Notes: generated by a model from the sequence alone, not told the origin. DNA of 64,000 nt from Octopus sinensis (GCF_006345805.1 NC_043009.1:24304001-24368000), one strand, 5' to 3'. Positions 1 to 14,400 are shown, numbered from the stretch's first letter. Translations and numbers: made by a program.

Positions 1-795
1 CTGCTGCAGGTGTGCAACATCGCTGGGGTCCTGTATTTTCTGCGAGACATTCGTATCGTTTGCGTAGCTGGCCAGAGTGGCTATCCGGGCATTTGAGGGC
101 ATATCTCAGAGGGCCACTATAAAAATCAGTGGTCCCAAGACAGTGACCTGTGGAACACCGCTCACTATTTGTGTGTTCATAGAGGTGGCTCCATTAACCA
201 CTACTGCCTGACTCCTATCTTTCAGGAAGTCATGTAACCACACTTCAAGTTTTCCAGCTATGCCGAGGTCACGCAGTTTGTGGCATATCATACCATGATC
301 CACCTTGTCAAAAGCTTTTGCAAAATCAAGGTAGATTACGTCCACATTTGATTTGTTGAGTAACTGCCTCAACACCCAGTCATAATGTTGTAAGAGCTGG
401 GTCAAGCAGCTCCTACCTGGTCGAAAACCATGCTGGGTATCACTCAGCAAGTTATTTTCCTCAAGGAATGCGATTAGTTTCTTTCTGACTATCCGTTCCA
501 TGACTTTGCTGATGTGTGAAGTCAGAGAGATAGGCCTATAGTTTTTGGCATCTGCTCTACTTCCCCCTTTATGTATTGGGCATATTATTCCCTCCTTCAG
601 CTTGCTTGGCAGTTGCCATTCGCAAGAAAGCTCTGGAAGAGAATATTGAGGGGTTTTGCCTGGGCATGCTTACACGCTTTGAGGAGGTTGGCTGGGAAAC
701 CATCTGGACCAGCAGCTGAATTTGTGTCCACTTCATCTATGGCTAGTAGGACATCTTTTTCGCTAATGTCAATACATTCTATTGTAACCGCCTCG
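1..795 (-). mobile_element. CR1-group non-LTR retrotransposon, reverse transcriptase fragment (degenerate, runs off window start)
   Basis: Minus-strand translation has RT motifs AGPDGFP, NYRPISLTS, QHGFRPGRSC, YLDFAKAFDKVDH, SGVPQ.TVLGP and SYANDT (YADD-like), with stops and frameshifts. Confidence 0.9.
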
Positions 796-802
796 CTTAA
801 TC

Positions 803-833
<31 letters not shown>

Positions 834-938
834 TTGTAAATTTTTGATTTAGTGTGCTAAGTTGAATTGTTTCCCTGTTGGCTTGGAATTATTATACTCT
901 CTAACTATTAATAATAATAATAATAATAATATATTGAA

Positions 939-1212
939 GTCGCATGGCTCAGTGGTTAGAGCGTCGAGCTTACGATCGTTAGGTTGTGAGTTCGAATCCC
1001 GGACCGGGCTGCGTGTTGTGTTCTTGAGCAAGACACTTTATTTCACGTTGCTCCAGTTCACTCAGCTGTAGAAATGAGATGCGACGTCACAGGTTGCTTT
1101 TCCCTTGGATAACACAGGTGGCATGGAGAGGAGAGGCCGGTATACATGGGTGACTATTGCCCGGACTTGTGCCGGGGAAGGTAACTTTCTAGGTGCAATC
1201 CCATTGTCAGTC
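939..1212 (+). mobile_element. tRNA-derived SINE with CORE-like body
   Basis: A box TGGCTCAGTGG, B box GTTCGAATCCC, CORE-like TTGAGCAAGACACTT; body shared with copies at 19055 and 37836. Confidence 0.85.
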
Positions 1213-1684
1213 ATGCATGCATGCATGCATGCATGTATGTATGTATGTATGTATGTATGTATGTATGTATGTATGTATGTATGTATGTATGCATGCATGC
1301 ATGCATGCATGTATGTATGTATGTATGTATGTATGTATGTATGTATGAATGAATGTTTGTATGTAAAAATATGTGTGTGTGTCTATGTGTATGTGTTTAT
1401 CCTCCCTCCCCTACAGTTTGACAATCAGTGTTGGTGTGTTGAGGCCGCCATAATATAACGCTTTGGCAAACGATATCAATACTTCCGTACCTTCGTTTCA
1501 GCCGTACTGCTGCTTTCGTGCTAGAACACCATCGTGATTTGGCCGATATCATCAGGATGGAGTGACATCATATCAATACTGCTGGTGTGCTTTTACTTTC
1601 GTTCTGCATACGTACACCTCCAATACATACACCTCCAATACGCACACACACACACGCACACACACACACGCACACACACACAGA

Positions 1685-1716
<32 letters not shown>

Positions 1717-1911
1717 GATACACACACATCAATAACTGCATATATATATATACATCTATCTCTGTCTCTCTCTCTCTCTATCTATGTAACGATCTATGTA
1801 TGTATGTATATGCATGTATGGATGAATGTATGTATGTATGTACCTATCTCTCTCTCTCTATATATATATGTATATACATATATATATGTGTGTGTGTGTA
1901 TAATATATATA

Positions 1912-1953
<42 letters not shown>

Positions 1954-2071
1954 ATTGATTGATTCTAGTTTCAGCTCATGAGCTGTGGTCATGCTGGGGT
2001 ACCGCCATTGTGATATATATATATATATATCACAATTAAAACACACCCATATGCATGTATATGCATTTATG

Positions 2072-2159
<88 letters not shown>

Positions 2160-2391
2160 TGTTTACACACGGATGTATCACAATTGTTCAACAGTTGGCA
2201 AAGATATTGATAAAATGAATATAATAAATATATATGTTAAAACACAAGCATGTGATATTTTACGTGTACACAATACTGGTGATATGTTTTCCATAATGTA
2301 CACCTTTTTTAACAATGCTTCCTTTAATCCTACACCCATATTAATGGATTATTCAAATTCACACTCCATTGCAGGGCCATTAACTTTATAC

Positions 2392-2463
<72 letters not shown>

Positions 2464-2656
2464 CTTATATACATACATTTATACATACATACATATGCAT
2501 GCACATATGTATGTATATATAAGTATAATATATATATGTATATATATATGTGTGCATATATATATACATACAAACTGACGCACACATACATATATATTTA
2601 TACATACATACATACATATTTATACATATATATATAAATATTAATCTATCTATCTA

Positions 2657-2721
<65 letters not shown>

Positions 2722-2889
2722 GTATATAAGTGTATAGTTCGTAATAGAATTATAATACACGATGAAGATGAAAGTGTGCTAGATGGCAGTTAAGCGGCGT
2801 TACAGCTGTTTAGCTGTTTCGGACTCCATGCATAATTGCCCAAAGTATCTTTGTAATTTTTATCTCTTGGAAATGTGTTGAGAATTTCT

Positions 2890-3192
2890 TTATTTAGAGC
2901 ATAAAGAATATAAATGACAGGGAATAGTATTGTTCGGTCTGTAACCAGCCGCTCTGCTGTTTGGACACAAACCGGCCGCACTGCTCTTTGGAAATTTACT
3001 CCCTGCATCACATTCTGGGTGTTCTATCCTCCCATTAAGAGGATAGACATGATGTCCGTCACTATGTCCCAATTTTGTTGTTAGATATTCAGGATAAATG
3101 TCAACGTCGATCCTGCCGTCCCGGATATTTCGTCATCATAAATTTCACAGTATTGAAAAATTAGCCGGAGAATTGCGTCAGCATCTTTTAAA
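2890..3192 (-). CDS. Putative terminal exon of an uncharacterised protein (needs one +1 indel near 3130)
   Basis: Acceptor ttacttttttag; reads LKDADAILRLIFQYCEIYDDE then, after the shift, NIRDGRIDVDIYPEYLTTKLGHSDGHHVYPLNGRIEHPEC...CSK*; motifs resemble the 13.2-13.5 kb exon. Confidence 0.5.
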
Positions 3193-3438
3193 CTAAAAAA
3201 GTAATGACAATTTTTTTTCTAAAAGCATTAAATGAACAAGTCTCTTTTCAAATTCATAACGAAATTTCTGAACGGCCTAAATGCTTACAGCAAAAGTGTT
3301 TATGGCATTTAAAACGAAATTTCTTAGTGGCAGAAATGTTTACGGCAACATTTCCTATCACCGTCCCAAATAATGATAAATAGCGTGCAGCCCTTGTAAA
3401 GCAGGAAATAACATTATGTGTAATATGTCTGTCTGTCT

Positions 3439-3481
<43 letters not shown>

Positions 3482-3554
3482 TATGTATGTATGTATGTAT
3501 GAATGTATGTGTGTATGTATGTATCTATCTATCTATATATATATACATATATAC

Positions 3555-3605
<51 letters not shown>

Positions 3606-3624
3606 CTACATATATACATTCTTG

Positions 3625-3985
3625 TATTGATTTCAGTCAGTAAAGTGCGGCCATGTCTTCGCAATGAACTGAATTTATAGTCGAATGAATCGATCCCACT
3701 TTTTACATATTTTAGAGGCTGCTACTTATTCTATCGCTCGCTTTTGTGGAACCGGTTGTCAAACAGTGGTAGGGAAAACATAGACAAAACAACACACTCA
3801 CACACACACACACACACCACATATATATGTATGAAAGTATTTTTTCAGTTTGCGTCTACCAAATCCAATCACAAAGTTTCGGTCCGAGGCTATAATGGAA
3901 GACACCTATCCAAGGTTCTATGCTGTGGGACTGAACCTGCAAGCAAGTGTTTGGGAAGTAAACTTTGTACCACACAAAACTAGGC
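3625..3985 (-). mobile_element. Degenerate tRNA-SINE with internal microsatellite (family of 42987 copy)
   Basis: Matches the reverse complement of 42987-43400 (TCTACCAAATCC..TCACAA, TGTGGGACTGAACC). Confidence 0.75.
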
Positions 3986-4760
3986 ACAATAATGTCTCCG
4001 TAATCCATTTTTAGCTATTCATTGAACTTCAAGGACATTTCTGTAGCTGGCTCAAGAGAATCGCACATTAGCTCCTCGCGCTCTTCGCAGTTGAGCTTGA
4101 CATCAACGTAGGATGTTAGCAAGTAAGGTGAATTAAGCTGAAAATTAGTTTATATGGCTAGAAGAAACAGAGCACAGGACAAATTTAGGAGGAAAATTAA
4201 ACTGTGTGAATATTTCGGAAAGAGAAATATAATGATATAACCAAAAATTGGAGAGGATTGTGCTGAGCGAAACTCAAAGAGGATATGAATGAGTCGTTGG
4301 ACGTTATCCATTGAAAAAGAATCAGAAATAGAACGGAAAATGATCTGATCAGTAGAAAGTCAAAGATCAAAATGAACGAAATAAGCTAAGGAGTAGAATT
4401 AGAATTATTGGAGGAAGTGGGTTCGGCGAAATCGACTGAGAATGAATACGAAAAAGAGAAAGAAAAAAACATAAAAGAAACAAGAATGCATCGGGAGAGG
4501 AGACGTGCAATGGCGGAAATATTAAAAAAAATAATTTAAAAAAGTAGTTCAAGCAATCGACTGACACGAGGGATTGCAAATGAAAAAAAATAGATAATAA
4601 ATGTGAATATGGCGCATCATTTTCAGATAACCTGCCATATCTGTGGTGTGTGTGTGTGCGTCTGTGTGTGTATGTGTGTTTGTGTGTGGTGTGTGAGGAG
4701 CGTGTGTGTGTGTGATGTATTTATCCATTTTCTTGGCGTAGCTTCACATTTTGAGTTTAC

Positions 4761-4823
4761 CATGAAGGAAGAGGGCATGTCGAGCGGATTAAATCTGACC
4801 GCTGATCTGTTATTCCATAATTC
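4761..4823 (-). CDS. Putative 63-nt symmetric internal exon (phase 2-2: W-NYGITDQRSDLIRSTCPLPS)
   Basis: cgaacag acceptor and ATG|gtaaac donor; open frame; phase fits the flanking candidate exons. Confidence 0.4.
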
Positions 4824-4973
4824 CTGTTCGTATTAAAAGGCTGGTATATAACGATGGAAGTTCAGATAACAAGAAAAACAGCAGCAACAACTATAATACT
4901 ATTCGTAACTGTAGTAATAGTAATGATGATGACGATGATGATGATGATGACGATGATAATAATAATAATAATG

Positions 4974-5039
<66 letters not shown>

Positions 5040-6168
5040 TAATAATAATAATAATAACAATAACAATAACAATAATAGTAGTAATAATAATAATAATGAG
5101 AATGATGAAGATAACTTTTTTATTGATACGAAGATGGTAGATGAGTTAAATTCCTGCGGCAAATTAATCGCTCAAACTAGCACATATAGACAAGCACACA
5201 CACAAACACAGACACAGACACAGAAGCAGACAGACAAACACATGCCCACACACGCAAATGTGTATATTTGTGTGTATAGCTTTATATATATATAAATATA
5301 TATATATATATACACACACGCACACACATATATATACATATATATAATGATATGTATGTAAATTAATAAATATCACAAATCTATGTGTACATATGTCGAT
5401 AAACATATATATATATATGAGTGTGTGTGCGCGCGTGTTTGTATGTGTGTATACAGTTATTATTACATATAGATATATATGCACAAACGCAAAACACACA
5501 CATACATACACACACACATATATTTGGCCGTCTCTATACACACACGCGCAAAAACATGCATATACATTTGTAAATAAGCATATCTACGTAAATGTGTGTA
5601 CGTATATCTTTCTACATATTTATACATACAAACATACAAATATACAAACTTACATAGATATGTAGATATACATACATGCATAAATGCGTACATACATACT
5701 TTCCTAATTATAAAAAGTAAATGCATATATGGAGATATATATTATTTTCTAGTTACTGTATACGCATTGGTGTTTGCGCTTATAGGTATGTAATTGTGGG
5801 CGCATTTGTATGTATTTGTGTGTTTAGAAAGGGATTCGGCTGCCAGTGTCCGACTTCCGGGTTATCAAAACACGGAAACAAATATAGAAAACCTGCAAAC
5901 CATGTAACAAGATAAATTTATATCAAGTTATATAAAGACGGACGTCCTTACCATACATGTTTTTACGAAGATAAGCTCATACGCTAATGTAACACACAAA
6001 CACATATAAATTGATGTGTGTGTGATGTATACATACATACCATATATATATATATATATATATAATATATATATATATGTGTGTGTCCGTGTGTGTGAGT
6101 ATGTATATGTATGTAAATATAATGTGTATACATATATATATATATATATAAATATATATAAATATATA

Positions 6169-6249
<81 letters not shown>

Positions 6250-6872
6250 TATATGTATACATACATTATATTTACATACATATACATACTCGCACACACG
6301 GACACACACAAACACAGACACATGCCCACACACACAAATGTGTATATTGTGTGTATAGCTTTATATATAAATATATATATATATACACACACGCACACAC
6401 ATATATATATATATTTATGTATATTTATATATATATATGTATACATACATTATATTTACATACATATACATACTCACACACACGGACACACACACACACA
6501 CACATATAAATATATATATATAATGTATATATTAAGATACAAATCGTATATGTAAGTATGATGTTATTATGTATATACGTGCATATATATATATTAATAA
6601 TATATATATATATATATATATACATGCATATATATATATGTATACACACACATATATATATTATGATATATATATATATTTATATTATGCACACACATAA
6701 TACATTTATATCTATTTATATATGATTTGAACTTGTGTTTCATTTCATATTTGCATATTTAAGAGCACAAAAAATAGACGTGTAAGCTATGTGTATATAT
6801 TATGCTAATTATGTTTTCATATATATTATATATATGTATATATATTATATATATATATATGCATGTATGCAT

Positions 6873-6921
<49 letters not shown>

Positions 6922-7207
6922 GTATATATATATTTTTCATTTATATGTCTCAGCCTTGAGGCTGCAGTCATGCTGGGGCAAAATATTTGTAATATTGTGC
7001 GTGTGTATGTACATATGTGATGTGCATGTGTATATATATATATGTATTTACTTAAATATACACGCTCACAAATATATTAATATACAGTCATAACTGACTT
7101 GACAGGACACTACGAGATCAAATTGAAAAGTAATCTCGGCATATATCACTCTCACTACAATCCTTCATTTAGGCTACAAACTTTCATACATACTTTTGTG
7201 ATATATG

Positions 7208-7275
<68 letters not shown>

Positions 7276-7731
7276 GTGAGTGTACTCGGAAAGCACATCC
7301 GTGTAAAATGAATTGTTCCCCACAAACGTACACAAAAATATCTCATAAAAAGTTACATTGATAAACATGAAATGGAAAATTAAAGATCCGGCGTCTAGTA
7401 AATATAACGTAATAATAATGATGATGATAACAATAATAACAACAACAAAAAAGAAAAAAAAAAAATAATAATAATAATAACAAAGACATTAGTAACTAGA
7501 ATGGTAATAAATAATAATGGCAATAATCATAGTAAATTATAAAAACAATTGATTCTATAAATAGTGTGTATCGTGCCTATAATTCTACATACATATGGGT
7601 GTGTGTATGTGTGTGTGTGTATTAATGCAGTTATATATCTAGATATGTATATCTATTTAAACTTACAAAACTCTCACGTCAATATATATATTTATGTATG
7701 TATGAATATAAATGTATGTGTATTGTATATA

Positions 7732-7793
<62 letters not shown>

Positions 7794-8025
7794 CATACAT
7801 ATATACATATATACATATATAATGCATATATTATACATAAACATACATACATACATATATATATATATGTATATATAAGCACATGTTCATTCCGTCATTA
7901 CGTAAGATTTAATTATTCATAGACATATATACATATATACGTGCATAAATCTATCAAAACCACACGTGGATATATGCGTGTATATATATTCTATCCTTCC
8001 ATTCAGCTATCTATCTATCTATCTC

Positions 8026-8058
<33 letters not shown>

Positions 8059-8464
8059 GATATATATATATATATATATATACGTGTGTGTATGTATATA
8101 TGTATTTATCTGCACACAAAATATGACAATGAAGGAAAACTAATTAACAAGAATAAAGTTGAAAGAAAAGCTTTAGTATTCGTGGAAGAAGTACCGGAGT
8201 TAGTGATTGTGTTTATAATATTATGGATAAGTTAGTTTGAAGAAAAACAATAAAAAAAGCGGAAATGGATTAGGAAAAGAATGAGAATATATAAGTGCGG
8301 TAGGGGTGGAAATATTTCTGCAGATCTGTTGGAATATACATGCAATTTGAAAGCAATGTAAAAGCTGGTTAACTTACGTCTATTGTTGGTAGTCATCAAT
8401 TTGATCTGTATTTTTTCTTATTAATGTTATTAAAGCTACCATTTTTATTTCTCCCATTATTAGC

Positions 8465-8635
8465 AAAGGCGGCGAGCTGGCAGGGTCGTTAGCACGCTGG
8501 GCAAACTGCTTATGTTGTGAGTTCAAATTCCACCGAGGCCAACTTTACCTTCTTTCCAAGCACTGGGGTCAATGTATTCGACTCAATTCCTCCTTCCCAA
8601 ATTGCTGACCTGATGGTAAAATCCGAAACTGCTGC

Positions 8636-8713
<78 letters not shown>

Positions 8714-8910
8714 GGTAGCAAGGTAACAGAATCGTTAGTACGCTGGACGTAATACTTGGCGGTATTTTGCCCGAGTTCAAATTCCGCTGAGTTCGACTAT
8801 GCCGTTGAAGCTCTCGGGGTCGATAAATTAAGTACCAGTGAAACACTGGCATCTATGTAATCGACTGATCCTCTCCCACTAAATGGCTGCCCTTGTGGCA
8901 AATTTGAAAC

Positions 8911-8912
<2 letters not shown>
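8465..8912 (+). mobile_element. Two degenerate Nin-type SINE copies separated by (GTT)n(ATT)n
   Basis: AAGGCGGCGAGCTGGCAG head, GAGTTCAAATTCC, GGGGTCGATAAATTAAGTACCAG. Confidence 0.8.
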
Positions 8913-8958
<46 letters not shown>

Positions 8959-8976
8959 CATCATCATCATCTTCAC

Positions 8977-9048
<72 letters not shown>

Positions 9049-9062
9049 TATTATTATAGTTA

Positions 9063-9116
<54 letters not shown>

Positions 9117-9559
9117 TATTATTATTATGATATAACTATGTTGCCTTTATGGTATCGTCTTTTGTTGTTGTTATAATTGTAATTTAGAAGATTATTTAAC
9201 TAATGAATTATTTTCATCATTGTTTATATTCTGTTATTCTTTATTCGAAATACATGTGAAATAATATAAGCATAATAAATAAATAAATAAATAAATAAAT
9301 AAACAAATAAATAAATAAATAAGTGTATATATACATGGAATATAACAAACCAATATTATAAAATATAGTGTGATATATTATAAATAAAATAATGATGGTT
9401 ATCAGTTTGTATATCAATTATGTATTTGTCCTTTGTGATTTTATTTTTACATTTTTTATAGTTTTTGAGTGTATTTATTTTAATGCTAATACAAAAGCAT
9501 TTTTTTCTATTTTACTCTATATTTGTCGATTTCTAACTCCTTTTTTCTCCCTCTCTCTC

Positions 9560-9598
<39 letters not shown>

Positions 9599-10072
9599 TA
9601 TATTATATATATATTATATATATATATATGTATATATATATTATATATATATATATATAATATATATATATCTGTATATATACATACATATATATATATA
9701 TAATATATATGTATATATAATATATATATATAATATATATATATATTATATATATATATATATATATAATATATATATAACTATATTTATACATGTGTGA
9801 GCGTGCATAGGTGCATGTTTGTGTATATATGGGCATTATCACAAAGTTTCATTCTTGATATATTATTGAAAAAAAAAAAGCTTTATTATTTAGTGTCTTC
9901 TGCTGTCTATATATCATTCGGAATGTATAGAATAATATCTATATGATTATGCTACATGCAATAGCTTGTGTATGTACGTATGTATTTTTATACTTATTTA
10001 CATACATATGTAGGTATGTACATTGAGGGATTCGTGTCTATGTGTATGTATATCTATCTATCTATCTATCTG

Positions 10073-10160
<88 letters not shown>

Positions 10161-10162
10161 TA

Positions 10163-11579
10163 TAGGGATAGCTTCCTCTCGGCCCATTGCCAGGAGGAAG
10201 CTGTCCCTAAAAGGTCGGTCGGATGTGGCGAACGCGTACATCACTTCCATCATCTACTACTGCCTGACCGTCGTCGCTTGGCTTTACCCTACCATCACCA
10301 AACAAGAACGCATTCTCTTCCGCTTCTTGTCGAAAGGAAGCGTTCCGATGGTCAGGCGATCCGTTTGTTGTCAACACCCTTTAAAAAGAGGGCTGGGCAT
10401 GCTGTGGTTGATGATGCGCAGACACGCGCTGGGGCTGCGACATCTCCGTCTCTACGTAGACGACGGTGAACAGCTGTGGTCGCCGTTTGTGAGGCGCGCT
10501 TTCCCGCAGCTAGTCTCAATGACCGAACTGCAGTCGTGGAAAAAGAGGCCGAGGAAAGGAGAATGGCACCGCGAGTGTCACGTTACTCTCAAGCAACTAT
10601 GCCGTCCCGGGTCGATCTTGATCGACTTGAACACAACCAAAGCATTTTATAGGGGATTAGCGGAGGGGAGTTACGACGACAAGTTCGGGGCGAACCTGGA
10701 CGTCGACGAGGAATACCTGACCCGCCTGTTCAAGACGACTTTCGGTCCGGGACCTATGGACAACTTCCAGAGATCCTTGGCCTGGCAGTGTTATCGAGAA
10801 GTGCTACCCGTTCGGGATAAGCTCTACAGGGTTAACCTGCTCGAGATGCGGTCAGAGCGATGGAACCGTTCGGCACGAACCCGTTCAGTGTCCAACCATT
10901 TCGGACATGTGAGCCTATGTCGAACGACTGATATCGTATGTAGGACGAGTCAGTTTATCAACCGAGTCTAACGTGAATATTGTCGCGTCTCCTTCCTTCA
11001 AACGGGAAGGAAGAGCCATTTTCATCGTACTTGTAGTTATGGCGTAAGGATGTGTATGGCGGACGCATCTGAAAGGTCTACAGACAAACACTTTCCTCTC
11101 ACGTAAATCTCTCATCAACTTCAAGTATCACTTGAAGAGGTAGGTGAGAGTAGAGAGGGAAGTCTTGTCTAGTGAATGTTTCAAAAGTTGATGAGTGAAT
11201 GTAGCAAGGATGGCGCGTGTAATTGACGAAGTCACCATGAGCATACTCCTATAAACCAAGAGAAAACAAAAAACAAAGGTAAAAATGAGTCACTTACTGT
11301 AATGCGTTTTTTTGCATGACATTATTGCCCGAGGTTACCGTGGTCTTTTCCGTACGCTTTCTTTATACGGATAAACCTAATCTGTTTCCCCTTTTCACAC
11401 TATGACATTTCTATGATACACGATCCCTATTGATCGGCTTTTCTTTTTTAACGATTCCTTTTGATCGAATTTCTATCCAACTTTCCTTTTTTTTTTCTTT
11501 TTTTCTGATTCCCAAAAAGAAAGGCTCTACTTTGTATTGTGCCCCTCTGTGTTCAGCCCTATGTGGCCAATAAAGAAAC
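10163..11579 (+). mobile_element. Tx1/L1-clade LINE, 5'-truncated 3' part of ORF2 plus 3'UTR (degenerate)
   Basis: RKLSLKGRSDVANAYITSIIYY...KRGLGM...LAWQCYREVLPVRDKL; homologous to 50920-51240; T-rich 3'UTR ending CCAATAAAGAAA; flanked by (TATC)n and (TATG)n. Confidence 0.9.
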
Positions 11580-11610
<31 letters not shown>

Positions 11611-11813
11611 TGTATGTATGTATGTATGTATGTATGTATGTATGTATGTATGTATGTATGTATCTATTTATCTATCTATCGATCGATCCAAATTCAGTGA
11701 ATTCTTCCATCTTTCGCGATATGTATATCTATCCGGCATGTCTGACTATCCCTCATCTATTATCTATTTACCTATTTTGATCTATCTATCTATATATAAG
11801 TAGTGTTATATAT

Positions 11814-11854
<41 letters not shown>

Positions 11855-12189
11855 TATATGTATATAAAAATACACACACACTTGCATTCATATACATATA
11901 CGTATATGTGTGTGAGTGTCCGCGTGTGTGTCTGTGTGTATACACATATATATTCATATACTTAATATATCAGCATCTGTGTGTATCTGCTCTTGACTTC
12001 TTTGAGGAATATCCCCAATTTTGTAATATATTTTAACTGAAGTAATTCAATTTTCTTTGAAGTTGAAGTTTCCGAGGAATCCGTTTCTAATGCAGATGCA
12101 TCAGCATACTCAGGCGGAGTTGTACGAGCGCCGGACAATCTCTTTCTTTCTCTCTCTCTCTTTCTGTTTCAGTCTACAAGTTGCGTCTG

Positions 12190-12235
<46 letters not shown>

Positions 12236-13064
12236 TGTATGTATGTATGTATGTATGTATGTATGTATATGCATGCGTGTATGTATGTGTGGGATTGTGT
12301 CCGTGCTTTTCTTTGTATGTATGTATGTAGTATGTATGTATGTATCTCCTCTCTCTCTCTCATATATAATATATATATATATATATATATAATATATATT
12401 TAGCGTTTTGTTCATATATTCCTGTGTTCGGAACTAAAAAGTTTGTTATGTGCAAATTTACATCCATCCACATACATCGTTTTATATAAATATATGTACG
12501 CGTTTTCTTGTACAAATTTTACCTGACCGCTTACATTTACTTCAATTTATCATATAATCTATCTCTAAATATGTAAGCAAAACACGCATGTCTCTCTCTC
12601 ACTATCTCTCACTATATGTATATATACATACATTCATATATATAGATATCGATAGACAGATAGATAGAAAGAGAGAGAAATAGATAGATAGATAGATATA
12701 GCTACCTATATATATATAGATTTAGAAACATATCTGAATACAAATGTATTCTTACATATATGCTTATGTAAACACAAATATGTATTCATATAAAAATAAT
12801 ATTTACACTTACGTAAATCTATACACCCACACAAACACAAGTATATCTTCATAAATACAAAACTATATACGTACATGCACACACTTACACATGTATTCAT
12901 ACGCCTGCATACGTGTATATAGATGCACATAGAAAATATATGTATATTATATATACATAATAAATATTATATATCATAATATATATAATTATAAATATAT
13001 ATAGAAATATTGTATATATATATATATACATAATAAATATATATATTTAAATATATATATATAT

Positions 13065-13112
<48 letters not shown>

Positions 13113-13173
13113 ATGCAGATACATATACATGTGCATATATACATATGTGTGTATACGAAGCATGTGATGTTAC

Positions 13174-13551
13174 CATAATTTCATCAGCGTGCCGTTTCTT
13201 TTCAAGCAGTAGAAGTAATTCTTTGAAGGCAAAGCATCACTGGAATGGCCACGTCAGAATCAATACTACATTCTGTCAGGCTTGGAGAAAAATTGACACC
13301 AGGGAACAGGAAACAAAATAATCTTTCGACTTGACCAAAAGTAGGAAAAGAAGGAAAATATTCTTGATTGGCTACTGGTGAGTGACTGCCATTGGTTAGG
13401 AAGTCTGTTCTGAAAAAGAACGGTAGAAGTCTATTATAGGGAACACGTGTTTGTATTGTTAGATTTGTACTTCTTTCATGCCACTTAAAACAAATCAATA
13501 ATGGTCTATGTAGGCTTTTATACATCATTCGATGATATGCAATGCTGGCTT
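13174..13551 (-). CDS. Putative large exon of an uncharacterised protein (open to TGA at 13202; likely frameshift to donor at 13174)
   Basis: Acceptor ctatataacag, ~116 open codons of non-repetitive sequence, donor TATG|gtaaca; a paralogous exon of similar length lies at 18118-18501. Confidence 0.65.
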
Positions 13552-13779
13552 CTGTTATATAGCAAAATGACGATAGTGTAATACGTTCTAGAAGAGACCA
13601 TAATGTACGTTACCCGTATTTCTATGCATAAGATTTACAGGCCCATGCGTACAGCATATATATATATATATATATAATATATATATTTCTTATGTAAAAA
13701 CTCTGTTGAATGTAGATATCCACAGCATCATTCAACCTGCTCCCCATAAATTGCTAATTCTCGGAAGTACAATAATAGC

Positions 13780-13823
<44 letters not shown>

Positions 13824-14400
13824 ATATATTATATATATATATATTATATAATATATATATATATGTATATATATATGTATAATTATATATGTATTATATA
13901 TTATATATATATAGTATACATATATATATACATATATATATACATATATTTATATATATACATAATATTTATATACATCATATATATATGTATTATATAT
14001 ATGTATATATGACTTTTACTTATATATATATGCACATATATATATACAGAGAAAAAGAGAGTGAGAGACAGACAAAGAGAGAGAGAGAGAAAGAGAGAGA
14101 TATATTAAGTCAATGACAGATTCCTCGCAATCAAGCGTAAACTATATTTTCTCCAGAAACTTTAGTAAATAATTATTAGTTAACCTATTTCCTTATGGGA
14201 ATGTTAAAATGGTTACATTTACACATTACAAGCCAGACAAAACAAACAAACCCTGGTTGCATTTGACCAATCAGGGGAAGAACGAATCGAAAAAGAGACG
14301 AAAGAAATAAATCTAGTAAAAAAAAACGCATTTGCTTTAAGAGAACAAATTATATTCATGTTAACAATTTCTGTTTTACAGGTATTTTTAGTATATTTAC

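Noticed and set aside
939-1010. tRNA-like sequence (also 33270 and 38150)
   Set aside because: No clean acceptor stem, and it continues into a dispersed SINE body, so it is a SINE head, not a tRNA gene.
3080-3165. EF-hand-like DENIRDGRIDVD
   Set aside because: Loop spacing is wrong, Glu12 is missing and it depends on an inferred indel.
4761-4790. RSTCP resembling the IL-17 RSxCPW motif
   Set aside because: No following Trp and no cystine-knot Cys pattern downstream.
11965-12140. Minus-strand open stretch TTPPEYADASALETDSS...
   Set aside because: No plausible acceptor (purine-rich upstream) and no similarity to the other exons.
13240-13380. Plus-strand kringle-like WNGHV...CQAW and a GTGAGT donor
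   Set aside because: Frame closes quickly with no further kringle motifs; the minus-strand reading has paralog support.
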